From assembly GCF_009914755.1 (NCBI RefSeq), contig NC_060931.1: a stretch of 64,000 nt of DNA; one strand, given 5' to 3'. Below are positions 12,901 through 26,625 of the stretch, piece after piece (positions within the stretch are counted from its first letter, which is position 1; every line of letters starts with the position of its first letter). The notes beneath the pieces are model-generated. The model was given only the letters and a program-made list of their open reading frames with translations, was not told where the DNA came from and did no database searches. Made by a program: the position numbers and the translations under genes. The stretch is from the human T2T-CHM13v2.0 reference genome, Homo sapiens.

Positions 12901-14689
12901 AGACTAAATTTCCCCTGGACTTATTAATTATATAATTCAGTGGTTTTATTAATTATGCCGATTTTATTTTAGTCCTTTATCTTCCAACTGAATGAGTTTT
13001 TGTTAATCTTAAATTTAGTGAGAACACATCAATTCAGTATTCAAGTGTTTTTCAGATGTTCATATAAAAAATATATACTGACAGCACTGTATCCACCATC
13101 AATTTTATGACATTTGCATCAAATATATTTTAAAACACAAACAGAAACTAAATATTACAGGTAAAAATTGAACTCCCCCTCTCCAATATCACTTCTACTT
13201 CTACCCAAAAGTCATCATCCCCACTAGAACCTCGTGTTAATTATTAATAATTAATTAAACTAGTGTTAATAATTAAACTAGTGTTAATTATTTCCATGTA
13301 TGGTTTTATACTTTAATCACAAATCTAATAACATTTCATATGTGCATTATTTATATAATTAAACTCTATTAAATTGCATCATTTTTGTTTTGGTCCTTCT
13401 ACAATTTAGCTTTTGAACATTTTTTGCTCTTCATCATTTTGGAAACTTGCCTACATCTTAGTTTATTTCTTTTAAATTGCCATACAGGTGTCCATTTTCT
13501 ACATATACCACAAAGTAACCGTCTTCTTGTAGATGGACATTTGGATGATTTCTAACTTTTCACTACAATAACACAAGTGCATTGTAATTCTTGAATCTGT
13601 AAATTGGACATATGTATATTCAGAAATAACATATCAGACATAGCTAAAATACTCCTAATTTTTTTAGACAATTATTTTGGAAGTTTATGAGTTATCTAAT
13701 GAACAGATTGTTTTTGTTCTTACTTTTTAAAAACTGTTGCTTGTAATTGCACTTTTCAAAGAATAAATGTCAAGATTCAGATTTATATTAGAACTCTCCT
13801 AGCTTTTTCTTCTTAAAATTGAGTTAAAATATAACTTTCATTAAAATTAATTTTGTTGAATACTCCCCAAGTGAAAACTAAATCTAGAAGTATCATTAAA
13901 ATCATGGGATGAGTAGACACATATATAATTGGAAATCCTGATATGAAGAGCTTATAATTTTATGACTTAAGAACATATAATTTTATGAAAAGTTTTATAA
14001 ATCTTATTAAAATTCATATGATTATGATATAAAGAAAAATACAGGCAGCTCCCATTGTGTAAATAATGCACATTTAAAAATTCAAGGCCAAAGAGAAGAA
14101 AATGATGTGTGATTATTGGAAAGTTTACGAAAGAGCACAGGACCGGAACCAGATATTTGGCTGCTGCTCTTCCCTCTTTCATGGACAAGCTAAATGTTCA
14201 AGGACAAGTAAGTTCATGACATAAAGAAATTTTTCAAAATTAAAAAAAATTAGACATTTAAAAATGTTTGTGATTGGAATTCAGGGTTAACTTCTTTAGA
14301 TCTAGAATTCTTCATCTGTAAAATGAAATTGATACCTTAGGTGACATTTTTTCTGAGTGTAGGATCCCAAGTGAACGTTACTAAAGCCAAAGAGGTTACT
14401 CTACAAAGACCCTAAAAGAGTAGAAGGAAAATATTAGAATATGATTAGGGGAATGGTTTGGCAATTCATTACAGTAGAAGAGGTTTAATGCACTCAGAAA
14501 ATTCAGTAGTTTATGGCTGAAATTTTACCAAGAAAAGAAGCAAAGAAGATAGATTTTAGGAAGAAATGCTCACCTACTTGAGCCTCCCTATTTTCCTGGA
14601 TCCTGGCTCAGTAATTCTCACTACAGTGTTAGTTTTCTTCTGCTTTGAAGAAGTGCTAGCAGATTCAGTGTCAGCTAGCACTTAAGAAG

Positions 14690-14927
14690 GATCATCTTTC
14701 TGGCTTGTAGATGATCACCTTATTGCTATATCCTCACATGGCAGAGAAAGAAGTCTCCGGTCTCTCTGTTTTTATAAGGGCACTAATCACATCAGGAGGG
14801 CTCCACTCTCATGAGCTCATCTAAACCTAATTACCGTCAAAGTCCTCATCTTCAAACACTATCACATCAGGTATTAAAGCAATTCAGCAAAGGAATTGGG
14901 GGGACCGCAAATATTCAGTCCATAGCA
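14690..14927 (-). mobile_element. MaLR LTR fragment (MLT1A-like)
   Basis: TCCTCACATGGCAGAG..TTATAAGGGCACTAATC..AATATTCAGTCCATAGCA terminus. Confidence 0.8.
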
Positions 14928-14969
14928 TTGCAGACATTTATATATATTGACTGACATTTATATTTATTG

Positions 14970-15214
14970 AAACAGCTGGCTTCCTTGGCCTGACCTGGGA
15001 AAACCCAAGAAGCCATTATAGCACCTTACCTCCTTAGGGGTCAGCTAAAGCAGGATTTGGGTCTGCATCACAGCTCAACTTCTCCCTCAACTGGGTATTC
15101 TTGCATTGTTTTCCTTCATTCCACAGACATTGACCACAAGAGTATGCCTTAATAAGTGTCCTGTGTGCTAAACTCCATCTCAATGTCTGATACCTGAGGA
15201 ACCAAACTTCTGAC
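14970..15214 (+). mobile_element. ERVL LTR fragment (LTR16-like)
   Basis: 3' end AATAAGTGTCCTGTGTGCTAAACTCCATCTCAATGTCTG..GGAACCAAACTTCTGACA. Confidence 0.65.
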
Positions 15215-18200
15215 AAGAGAAATTAAAGGAAAGAGATATTGAGGAACTTACAGCTTCAAACTACTGAGAAACATCATGCCTCATATACAAGAAGCTCACC
15301 ATAGCCATGAGAATAAGTAAAATGAAGTTATATCCAGGCATATCACAGGAAAATTAATGAGAATTAAGAACAAAGAGAAGCCTTAAAACTAGCCAGAGAA
15401 AAAGGAAGGCTAATTTTAAGGAATAATAGTTAGACAGTTAACTCCACATTAGAAATAGTGTACACCCAGGAAAATGGAGTGATAACAATCAAGAATAAAG
15501 AAGATATAAGGATTTTTGTTAGCAAAACAAACAGGAAGAAAAAATAAAGAAACAAAAATCAAATAGAAAAAAACTGAGAGATCATTGGGTCAGAAACCAA
15601 TGATAAACCTCTGCATATTGTATAAATTAACTAGATTACTTTTACATAATTTATGGATTAGGGAAAAGAAGAAACCATAATAAAGATTAGAAAATATTTA
15701 AACTGAAAATGATAAAAAATATTTTACATCAAAACTTCTAGGTATCGGTAAAGCCATGCTTTAAGAATAATCCATAATTATAAAACCTGATGCAAAGAAA
15801 GCACCAGGCCAAGATGGATTCATCAATGAATTCTATCAGATATTTAAGGAAGAAATTAAAATAAGTTAACATGAACTCTTCCAGAAAATTGGAAAAGAGG
15901 GAACAGTGTTCAACTATTTCTTTAAGTCAACATTGCCTATGCCGAAAATTGAAAAGAATAATACAAGGAGGTTAAATTACAAGCCAAAGTCATGAAAAAA
16001 CTAGATACAAAAATTCTAAATAAAAACATTAAGAAAGCACATTCACCAGTATATGAATGGGATAAAATATAGAAAAGTTGGGCTGATTGTAGGAATATAC
16101 AGTTGTCTTAATATTTTGTGAAACCAAATTTACATCTTAGCAAAATGAAGAAAAACTATTAGAAGATACCAGTAGAAGCATTTTGTTATCCATTCTCAGG
16201 GAAAAAATCCTTAGCAGAATAAACGCAGAAGGAAAGAACTTTGCCTTTAGTTTTGAAATGAGACAAAGATACCTGCTAGTACCAATAATTTATAATATTT
16301 GACTACTTGCCTTTAGAGGAGTGCAATATACAGAAATAAATATTATAAGGATTTTCAGGCAAGAAATAAATGTCAGTATTTTTAGAGAATATAATTATGT
16401 TCATAAAACTTTTTAAATAAAATGAAAATCAGTTAATAAGATTATAGTGATTCTGAAAACAGTTGCTAGGTACCAATCAACATATAAAACTCATCTATAG
16501 CCTGCAAATCATCAACAAACATAAAGTAAATATATGTACCATCTAAAATGACTCCACAAAAATAAGATATATGTGAATAAATCTAATAAATAATAACTAG
16601 GACATTTTCTAAAAAACTGTGAACCATTACTAAAAGAAATGTTAAATAACAAAGTAAATGAAGGGAGATTTCTTGTACATAAACTAGAAAATAATATCAT
16701 AAAGATGTTGATTTCCAAAGATTGAATCACAGACACCATGATATAATCCCAACAAAAATCACTACAGGTTTTATATGCAGGTATGTGTGTAACTTGAAAG
16801 GTAATACAATATATGCAGAAACTCAAAGGGCCAAATATGTGAAGACACTCTTGAAGAAGAAAAAGGATTAATTATATAATATTGATAAATACTGTAGCAG
16901 AATAAAGAACTCTGAAAGAGTCTTGCAAACATATGGAAACTTATTTATGACAAGGGAGTTATTGCAGACTAAACAGCACGAGTAATACCATCTATACGTA
17001 GTGCTGGCAATTTGATATTTCTATAAAAAAGAATTTTGATCTTTATTGGATACCAAATAGAAGATCATATCAAGTTGGGGGAGGAAGCTGATCTAAATGC
17101 AAAAGCAAAGCTACAAAGATTCTATAACATAACATTGGAGATTATTTTTCTGACCTCTAAGTCATGGAATGACTTCTTAAAGTAAAATTTAGAAAACTCT
17201 TACCAGAAATAAAAAAAAGTGGATGAATAAAAATTGAAATTAAGTATATATTTGCTTTATAAAAATCTATTGAAGAAATGGGGTAATAAGCCAAGAAATG
17301 GAAAAACATATTTACAACACATGCATCCATGATATCACTACTACTTTTCTATTACAAAGAACAGAAAAATTGGTAACTGAAGTAATGATTTTTGTTTTAT
17401 GTTTGTTTGTTTTTTGAGACAGAGGAGTTTAGCTCCTGTCATCCAGTGCAATGGCGCAATCTGGGCTCGCTGCAACCTCTGCCTCCTGAGTTCAAGCAAT
17501 TCTCCTGCCTCAGCCTCCTAAGTAGCTTGGATTACAGGCAGCTGCCACCATGCCCAGCTAATTTTTGCATTTTTAGTAGAGACGGAGTTTCACCATGTTG
17601 GCCAGGCTGGTCTCAAAAAGAAAAGATATCAAAATGTTCAATAAACATATGAAAAGTAGTTCAAAATCATTAGTACAAAGGAAAATGAAAGTTAAAACTT
17701 TAATGAGGTAACCTCTATAACACTCACCAGAATGAATGCAATTTAAAAATTCTGAGGAATGCCAAGTGGTGATGAGAATGTATAGCATTGGGAGCTCACA
17801 TAAACTACTAGTATGTGAGAAAAATTGAGAACTATATACTGCAGTTGAAGCTGCACAGATTTTAAGAACCAAAATCATACACCTAGATATATACCCAACA
17901 GTAATTCATGCACATGTGCACTAAGAGATGTGTAACAGAATGTCCCATAACAGCAATACAGGCATAAATTGAATTTTCAATTGACACTAAATGAATAAAC
18001 AGATTGTGTTTCTTTGTAGAAGTAAAAAAATATTCAGCAGTGAAAGTGAATAATCAAGTATTGCTACAGGAAATAACACAGTTAAATCTCATAAAGCCAA
18101 TGTTGAACCAAAAAAGCCAGACCAAAAAGACAAATGCTTATATGATTCTAAATATTTAAAGTTCAAAATAAGGAGAAACACAAGTATAGTATTCTTACTA

Positions 18201-18500
18201 CATTATAGTGTAGTAGTTTTTATACCCTATATAGTATTTATATATAGTATTTATATGCACATTTAGTTGGTGTCTAAAGAACAAACTTCCTTTATAAAGA
18301 AAAGCCAGGAAGCATCCCCACAGAAGCAAAGATATTGGTTAACTTTGGATGGGAAGGAAGTGGTAAGTGGTTTGGATAGAACAAGATGAAAGTGGATTTT
18401 GGAGGGGTGCTGTTTACTATTTTTTGTCTTGGTATGAATAATGATTACTTGGAATTCATTTTGTGATAATGCATTGAATAAAAATACATTTAACAAAAAA
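15215..18500 (+). mobile_element. Highly decayed old L1 (L1M/L1ME): ORF1, ORF2 and 3' UTR remnants
   Basis: A-rich strand; ORF2 relic CCAGGCCAAGATGGATTCATCAATGAATTCTATCAG (PGQDGFINEFYQ, compare [12 protein letters not shown]) near 15805; L1 3' motifs at 17630-18170. Confidence 0.8.
17395..17616 (-). mobile_element. AluS, 5'-truncated
   Basis: T-rich tail, right arm and part of the left arm, ending at GGCTGGTCTCAA. Confidence 0.9.
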
Positions 18501-19167
18501 TACACAAGCTTAAGCCTTAATTCTTGCCAAAATATCCTTTTAGGTAATTCACGCTATAGGGTGCCATGAGGCTGGGAATAGAATGAGTATTTCAGATTAG
18601 AGCACCTCATGATCTAAAACAAGTTAGTAATGTTTAAATTTGGATACACAGGTATGATTGAAGTGATAGTCTGAATGTTCCTCTCATTTACAACTTGTTA
18701 ATGACCTGTTGAGAAGCAGCCTGAGGCTATCTTTCACTTTTACTAAGTCAGTCATTAAGAGAGGAAACTGTAAATGACCAGCAGGAAGTAAATTGCCCTC
18801 AGTTAAAAATGAAAATGTGTTAACTTCACTTGACTAATAAAATTACTTTTGGCATTAGGCCATAAAATAGAAAGCAGCTACAATTCCTACTGGGAAATCT
18901 GAAAAAGGAAAAAATATATTATGTACTTTGATGCTTCTGGATTGGGAATATCTAAATTTTGTCTAAAATAATTATATTTCAAAGGGCTAGGAAGTCTTTT
19001 ATCATTGGCAGATAATAAATATTTTTGAAAAACACAGGAGCTGTAGTAATAGTAAAATAGTACTAATATTTTGAACTCTTTTGGTTAAGCAAATGTTAAA
19101 GTAATAAAATTAAATTTTATTCAGGAAAATGAAATTGTGCCTTAATTTATTGGCATCTATTCTTGGG

Positions 19168-19516
19168 GTTTTTTTTTTTTTCCGTTATTTTGTTGTTTGT
19201 TTGTTTTTGTTTTTGTCTGGAGACAGGGTCTCTCTCTGTTGCTCAGGCTGGAGTAAAGTGGCGGCAATCATAGCTCACTGGGCCATTTCCTGAGCTCAAG
19301 TGATTCTGCTGCCTTAGCCTCCCAAGTAGCTGGGGCCATAGGCACATACCACCATGTCCAGCAAATGTTTTAAATTTTTTTTGTAGAGGTGGGGGTCTTG
19401 TTTTATTGCAAGAGCCATCAGTCAGGTTGGTCTTGCACTCCTGGCTATAAGCAATCCTCCTACCTTGATCTCCTAAAGTGCTGAGATTACAGGTATGAGC
19501 CACTGTGCCAGCCAGC
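19168..19516 (-). mobile_element. AluJ
   Basis: GAGACAGGGTCTC..ATCATAGCTCACTG (J-type); flanked on both sides by CTATTCTT. Confidence 0.9.
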
Positions 19517-19961
19517 AACTATTCTTAAGTCAAGGTACTAATATTAAATGTTGTGTTTTCAAATGCACCCATTACAATTATATGCACTACAAATTGATGC
19601 AAATGTGCCAGAACTCTTCTTGAACTTTCCTATTTGCTTATCTGCCTTTGAGCCCTGTGTTTCCTCTGTTGGAAAGACACATCCCTCCCTCTCATTTTTC
19701 TGCTTTGGTGCATATACCATGGAGTGACCTAGCTCTAATGCCATCTATTCCAGGAATCTTCCATCTCCTTCATTCCTGGATCTCCTCATTTACACTTTTA
19801 GCACATAAAGTGTCACAATAGACTAAATTCTTTATTTGTCTATATGTGTTTATATGGCACTAAGTTGTAAAATTATTTAAGGACAGGGACATGTCTTATT
19901 TGCCCTTGTATGTTCCTTGGATACTAAGCTGGCTTCTTAGAAGCTTGGGGGATATTTCTTT

Positions 19962-20261
19962 CTTTCTTTTTTTTTCTTTTTTGAGATGGAGTCTCGCTCT
20001 GTGGCCCAGGATGGAGTGCAGTGGCGCGATCTCGGCTCACTACAAGCTCCGCCCCCCTGGGTTCAGGCCATTCTCCTGCCTCAGCCTCCCGAGTAGCTGG
20101 GACTACAGGCACCCGCCACCACACCCGGCTAATTTTTTGTATTTTTAGTAGAGACGGGGTTTCACCGTGTTAGCCAGGATGGTCTCGATCTGACCTCGTG
20201 ATCCGCCCGCCTCGGCCTCCCAAAGTGCTGGGATTACAGGCGTGAGCCACTGCGCCCTGCC
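19962..20261 (-). mobile_element. AluY, CpG-rich, with perfect 12-bp TSD
   Basis: TSD GGATATTTCTTT at 19950-19961 and 20262-20273; TTCACCGTGTTAGCCAGGATGGTCTCGATC diagnostic. Confidence 0.97.
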
Positions 20262-20539
20262 GGATATTTCTTTAATTTAATTTAAGATAAAGAAAGACTA
20301 AAGACAAGATAGATTGTAAGTTTCATGTTTTCTCCTCTCATGACGAAATTATTTTCAGTTCATGTAGGAGTGCATCCCTATTTAGTGACAAAGTTAGCTA
20401 TACCAAGTTTTCAGTGGTCCATATTTAAAGATTTATTTGGACAATATTACATCAAGGCCAGTGCTTTAAGGAGCCACATTACACAAGATATATGATAAAA
20501 CTAGTATTTATTAGTTATCATATGTCCTTACACTTTAAT

Positions 20540-20715
20540 AGCTACCATTTATTAAATACTATGTGCCAGGGAGTCTTATAAGCATTTAGTTGATTTATCT
20601 TTTTCCAATCATACCGCAGACCTGAGGCTGTACTATTTGATCTCCATATTGTAAATATGGAAATGGAAAGTTCAAGACCCTAATCACTAGCACAAAGTAG
20701 CTGAGCTACTAGGGG
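20540..20715 (-). mobile_element. MIR fragment
   Basis: ATTTATTAAATACTATGTGCCAGG..TCCATATTGTAAATATGGAAATGGAA pattern. Confidence 0.55.
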
Positions 20716-23700
20716 GCAGGAGTTTGACATTGGTAGAAACCCATTCTGTTACTGATACTTTGGGTAGTGTGAAACCAAAGTCAACACTCTAAAACATTAT
20801 GATAAAGTCTTCTTACAAATTACATCTTGAAAACCTCCAAAATGACTTTTGCCCAGACATCAGGGTTTCTAAATGGTACTTCCCTTGATAATATCACTAA
20901 TACAAAGACAAATCACTTGTATTCGAAATATGTGAAGGTAAAAACAAATGTGCTATGAGCAAAATAGATACTGATAGTTCAAGAAAGTATATAACCATTA
21001 ATGAAATCATAATTAAGACATACAGTGTAATGTGGTGAGTTAAAGTTAATAGTAGCTTGAGTTTTACACTATTTATAAACTTTTGAACAAACTACTTGAC
21101 AGATAATGTTGATGCTGTAATATTTTAGGTCATAGAGGATTTATGAGTTAATATTTTAAGAGGGTCTTTAAAGAACCTTTGATTTAAGAAAAATATATGA
21201 AGTTATTATAGTATGGTTTTCCTATTAAACTGTTTATTTATTTCATTGTGTACTTAGGAGTAGAGGAGTTTCCTTAAAACAACATTAGAAAAGAGCTGGC
21301 ATAGACTTTGCCTTCAAATGTTTTACTTATTCAGGTTTCCTTAGACAGGTTGATAAGACTTTATGATCTTAACAATGCTATTGTAGCATCACTTCTTTTC
21401 ATTCCAATTCAGATGACATTGACTGAAGCGTAAATCTTAGTCATTTAATAACTAGGCTGACATGGCTTACCTTTAGTTGCTCTTAAGCAAAATGATTATA
21501 CTATAAAGCTAGGTACTCTTTGAAGGGCTGGGCATACACAATGTCCACTGCATAGTAATAGCTCAGAAAATGTTGTAGAATGATCCTGTGGTTAAGGAAT
21601 GAGTTGGGGAAAGTATAATAAATGTGGCATGAAACTGGGATAGATAGAGATCCAATGAAGAATTTGAGAAATCAATTCTGTCCATTCCCCAAGAAATCAG
21701 ACTTTAAAACAAGTAGCAGTGGCAATGGGTGAATTCCACATTTGTCTTTGCACTTAATCTGGTATGTTCTGAGGTGAAATAGTTGCGTGCATAGTTGGCT
21801 ATAAGGGTGCCTATTTCTATGGAACATGATAGTCCAGAACTAGGTTCTTTACAAGCAAACCTCAGAGCACAGTATTTTATAAACTATTCTTTTAGCCAGC
21901 AGCTTGGTTTAGTTTCAGCAATTTGTGAACCAATTTATACCAACAGAATCTAGATAGATCCTACATCCTCATAAATTGTTCACATGGAGACTATTCTATT
22001 CAAACCAGAGCATCAATTACTGCCTTAGAAATATAGCAGAAATGATAACACAATCAGTTATGGTTCCTCAATTGTGCAATATTGGCACTACTATTTAGTT
22101 GGTGTTCTTTTTGCAAACGGAAAATATGCTTTCACAGACTGCAAAAAATCAGCAGGTGGCCCACCTATTTTCAGCCACATTTTCCCTCATTTGCTGACAA
22201 CCACATCATGTCCCAAGCCAAATCCTATTTACCAGTTTTCTGAAAATTCCATGGTCTCAGATACTACAAAGACTTTTTACTTGTGCTTCCCTAGAACGAC
22301 CTTCTCTGTACATGATACAATTTTCACAACTCAAGAAAGATTATTAGATCAAAATGGCACATGGGAAATCTGTCTCAACTTCTCACTAAAATATAATGAA
22401 AGCATAGAACAAGATTTTAAAAGGTCACAGATAAAAACTGACAAAGTAAAACCCAAGTGCTAGAAAATTACTGGCACTTTCTCTTATTGTAAGACAGATG
22501 AAAAATAGAGTTTTGTTTTGTTTTGTTTTGTTTTAAAGGGATTGGGAGTAGTAAGAAAAGTATGTGACAAAGTCCTGTGAAAGACATACCTGGTTTCACT
22601 TCATGAAGTAGAGTTGAGACTAAGAAGAAATAGAGATAGGAAGAAAACAAGGTTGTTGTATAACAACCAACTACCTCCTACCTCCAATCCTCACCCCTTG
22701 CCCCATGCTACTCCCTCAGCCACCGTCAACTGAGATGCTTGATTCAGAAACCCTGTGCCCAGCAATACAATGTCCTCTGTCTCCACTTTTTTGGATGCAT
22801 TGTGTAGTGGGCAGAATACAGCACTCTTCTTTACTCTGCTATTGCAAATTCTAAAGTCACTTCTGTTCAGTCAGAGATTTCAAATCCCTGAGGCAAACAA
22901 ACAAAAATATGTGAGAAAAAAAAAAGGGGGGCGAAGTAGCATGATTGGAATAGAATTCCCGTTAGAAAATGAGAGTTTTCCGGGACAGGCATAGACATCC
23001 CTGCAGGAGACATAACAGGAAATTCCTACCTCAGAGTGGAGGGCAGCAAGGACAAGGGTCGATTCAGAAAGAATGACAGAAAATGTAGTGCTAATATGGA
23101 AACGCTTTTGGTCTTATTTTCTTCAGCAATGCTTCTGATTATATTTTTATTATTTGAAATGTTTCTATTAATATATAATAGTTGTACACATTTTGGGGGT
23201 GCATGTGGTATTTTAATACCTGAATATAATGTGTAATAATAATCAAATCAAAGTAACTGGGATATGCATCACTAAAATATTTATTTTTTTTGTATTGAAA
23301 ACATAATTATTTTCTCCTAGGTACTTTATAATATACAATAAATTATTGTTAATTATAATTTCCCAACTGTACTATTAAATTTTATAACTTATTCCTTCCA
23401 TTTAAATGTACCCATTAACCAACTCTTTCATTCTTCTCCTCCTCTGCTTCCCTACTCAGCCTCTGGTAACCACCTCCATGAGACTCACTGCCTTAGCTCC
23501 CACATATGTGTGAGAACATGCAATATTTGTCTTTCTGTGCCTAGCTTATTTCACGTAACATAATGACATTTAGTTCCATCCACATTGGCACAAATGATGG
23601 AATTTCATTCTTTTTTATGGCTGAATAGTATTCCATTGTGTATATGTACCACATTATTTCTACCCATTCATCTGTTGATGGACACTTAGGTTGATTTTAT

Positions 23701-23771
23701 GTCTTGGCTATTGTCAGTAATGCTGCAATGAACACGGGAGTGCCGGCAACTCTTCAATATATTAATTTCCT

Positions 23772-24432
23772 TTATATATATTATATATTTATATACCATA
23801 TATTACATATATTTATAAATATATGTATATATTTAATATATTTTTATATATATTTAATGTATATATTCATATATTTAATATATTTAATATATATTTATAA
23901 TATGTTAAATATATTATATATTTAATATATAATTATAATTATATATATAATTATATATAAATATAATATATGATTATATATTATATATAATAATTTATAT
24001 AATTAATATATATAATTTATAATTATATGTTATATATAATATATAATGTATTATATAATATATAATATATAATTATAATATATAATATATAATATATAAT
24101 TATAATATATTATATAATATATAATATATAATTATAATATATTATCACTAAATATATATAATAATATATATAATAATATTATCACTATAATATTATATAT
24201 AATATAATATAATATTATATATAATAATATATTGTAGTATAATATCTTATATTATATTATATTATAAAATATTATATATATTATATATACATATAATATA
24301 TAATATATATTATAAATTATATATATTTTATATAAATTATTATATATTATATATAATATATATTATATTTATATATATAATTATATATATAATTATAATT
24401 ATATATAAATATATATTTATATATATATTTAA
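23772..24432. repeat. ~660-bp degenerate (TA)n/(ATATA)n low-complexity tract
   Basis: Almost exclusively A and T, with only scattered G or C. Confidence 0.97.
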
Positions 24433-25151
24433 TTCATTGATTCATATTTCCCTGCTGACTGATGATGTTGAGCATTTTGTCATACACCTGTTAGCCATTT
24501 GTATGTCTTCTGTGAAAAATGTCTATTCAGTCATTTTTACCATTTTTAAAGCAGATTTTTTTGTTTTTTGTTACTGACTTGCTTGAGTTCCTTGAGTATT
24601 CTGGTTATTAATCCCTTGTTGGATGGACAGTTTGTAAATGTTTCTCCCTTTCTGTAGGTTGTCTATTCACTTTGTTGATTGTTTTCTTTGCTATGCATTT
24701 CCCTGATAATTAGTGATGTTGAACATTTTTTCATGTACTTGGAGGCCACTTGTATGTCTTCTTGAGAAATGTCTGATCATTTGTCAATTTTTAATTGGGT
24801 TATTGTTTTCTCATTATTGAATTGTTTGAGTTTCGAATGTATTTTGGATATCAGATTTATTCCTTGCAAATATTGTCTCCCATTTCATAAGCTGTCTCTT
24901 CATTTTTTTTTCCTTTGCTGTGCAGAAGATTTTTAGTTTGATGTAAACCCATTTACCTACTTTGAGTTTGTGTTTGCCAGGGTTTTGGGGGTCATATTCA
25001 AAAAATTATTGCCCAGACCAACATCAATAAGGTTTTTCCCTGTACAGTCTCAGGTCTTAAGTTTTTAATCCATTTTGATTTGACTTTTGTACATGGTGTG
25101 AGATAAGATTCCAATTTCATTCTTGGTTCTTGGCACTTTTGTTGAAGATTA

Positions 25152-25612
25152 TGTTACCGAAACACCAGGGATTTGGTCTAGGTCCTGCTGCTTGCAGCAC
25201 AGAAAGCCAATCACTGAGATGGCAAGTATTGACAAGCAAGAAGGCTTTAATCAGGTTCTGCAGCCGAGGAGATGGGAGCTCAGCCTCACATTCATCTCCC
25301 TGACTGACTAAAACCAGGGGTTTATACAGCATGGAAGAAATGTGACGATGTGTAAGAAAGTAGGAGCTAGGCAGGGCAAGGAAGCAATCATGATGAATGA
25401 GGGATCTGGTGTCTCATTGTCCAGATGCGGTTGTCTGGTGAGTTTCAGTTCTTTGATACTTGTTTTTTTTTTTTTTTTTGAAATGCTTGTAGGTCCCTTC
25501 TTGAGGAAGGAACTCAGATAAAAAAAAATATTAAATTTCAAGCTGTAAGACCAGAAAGGTCAATTTCTATGTTTATTCGAAAGAACAGTCTATGGGACTA
25601 TTGGGTTGTTCA
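25152..25612 (-). mobile_element. Solo ERV1 LTR of the MER4 group (LTR26-like) inserted into L1
   Basis: TG..CA ends; minus strand starts TGAACAACCCAATAGTCCCATAGAC; has TATAAA and ATTAAA; L1 sequence resumes on both sides. Subfamily tentative. Confidence 0.8.
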
Positions 25613-26039
25613 ATCCCTTGACTGTAAATGTGTGGATTTATTTCTGGATTCTCTATTCTATTCCATTGGTCTATATACGTGTTTCTATATTGGTTCCATG
25701 TTGCCTTGGTTCTGTAGCTTTGCAGTATATTTTAAAATCAGATAGTGTGATGTCTACAGCTTTGTTCTTTTAGCTCAAGATTGCTTTAGTCATTTGTGAT
25801 TCCATATGAATTTTAGGATTATTTATTATATTTATGTGAAAAATGCCATTGGAATTTTGGTAGGGATTGCATTTAATCTGTAGATCACTTGAGTAGTATG
25901 GACATTTTAAGAGTATTAATTCTTTCAACCCATGAACATGGGATACCAGTGATATTTTATCAGATATTAATGCAATTTCTTTTAAAAACTCTGTTTATAT
26001 TTTTGCTGTTAACCATAAAAGCTCAATCCTAATCCTCAG

Positions 26040-26625
26040 GTATTTTTTTCTACATTATATCCCTGGTGGTCCTATCTATTCTCATGCATTTGTGTGCCAA
26101 CCTTATGGCAAATAACTCCCTTATTTATATAAAGTCTGTCTTCTAAATTCCAGATTCACATCTTCAAGTGCCTATTTGACATATCCACTTTGATGTATTA
26201 CAGACCTCCCAAATGCAAATAATCTGAAGTGGAACTCTTGATTCACTTTCTTACCCAAATCATCCCACTACTTACATGCTTCCCTTTCAGTCTGTCTCCT
26301 GTGTATCAGTAAACAGCCTTACTATCTATTGATCCAGCAGAAAACTTTCATTCTTCCCTTTCTGGTGGACCAGGCTAGCTATAGGAAGAAAAAAATATCC
26401 TCAATATTGTAAAATATTCTCCATAGTGATCTTCCCAAACCAAAGTTACACCAAGGTAATCATCTGTCTATATTCTCTATCATAGTACTGTTTATTCCAC
26501 TGTATTGATTTTTAAAATTATTTGTGAGTTTTATTTTTCAAAGGGCCTGAGCTTCTTGAGTTCAAGAACTGTGTATTTTAGGTATACTCGTGTCATAGCA
26601 CAGTGGTTAAAATATTCTAAATATT
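26040..26625 (+). mobile_element. L2 fragments
   Basis: CAAGTGCCTATTTGACATATCCACTTTGATGT..GAACTCTTGATT L2 motif and GAGCTTCTTGAG 3' motif. Confidence 0.65.

Larger units (their letters stand above)
23140..25945 (-). mobile_element. L1MA/L1PB-like 3' portion, interrupted by an A/T tract and an LTR
   Basis: CTCCCACATATGTGTGAGAACATGCAATATTTGTCTTTCTGTGCC, CTTTGCTGTGCAGAAG and ATTTTGGTAGGGATTGCATT antisense L1 motifs. Confidence 0.9.

Noticed and set aside
22074-22463. 129-aa ORF in unassigned sequence
   Set aside because: GTG start, no recognisable motif and no convincing splice context.
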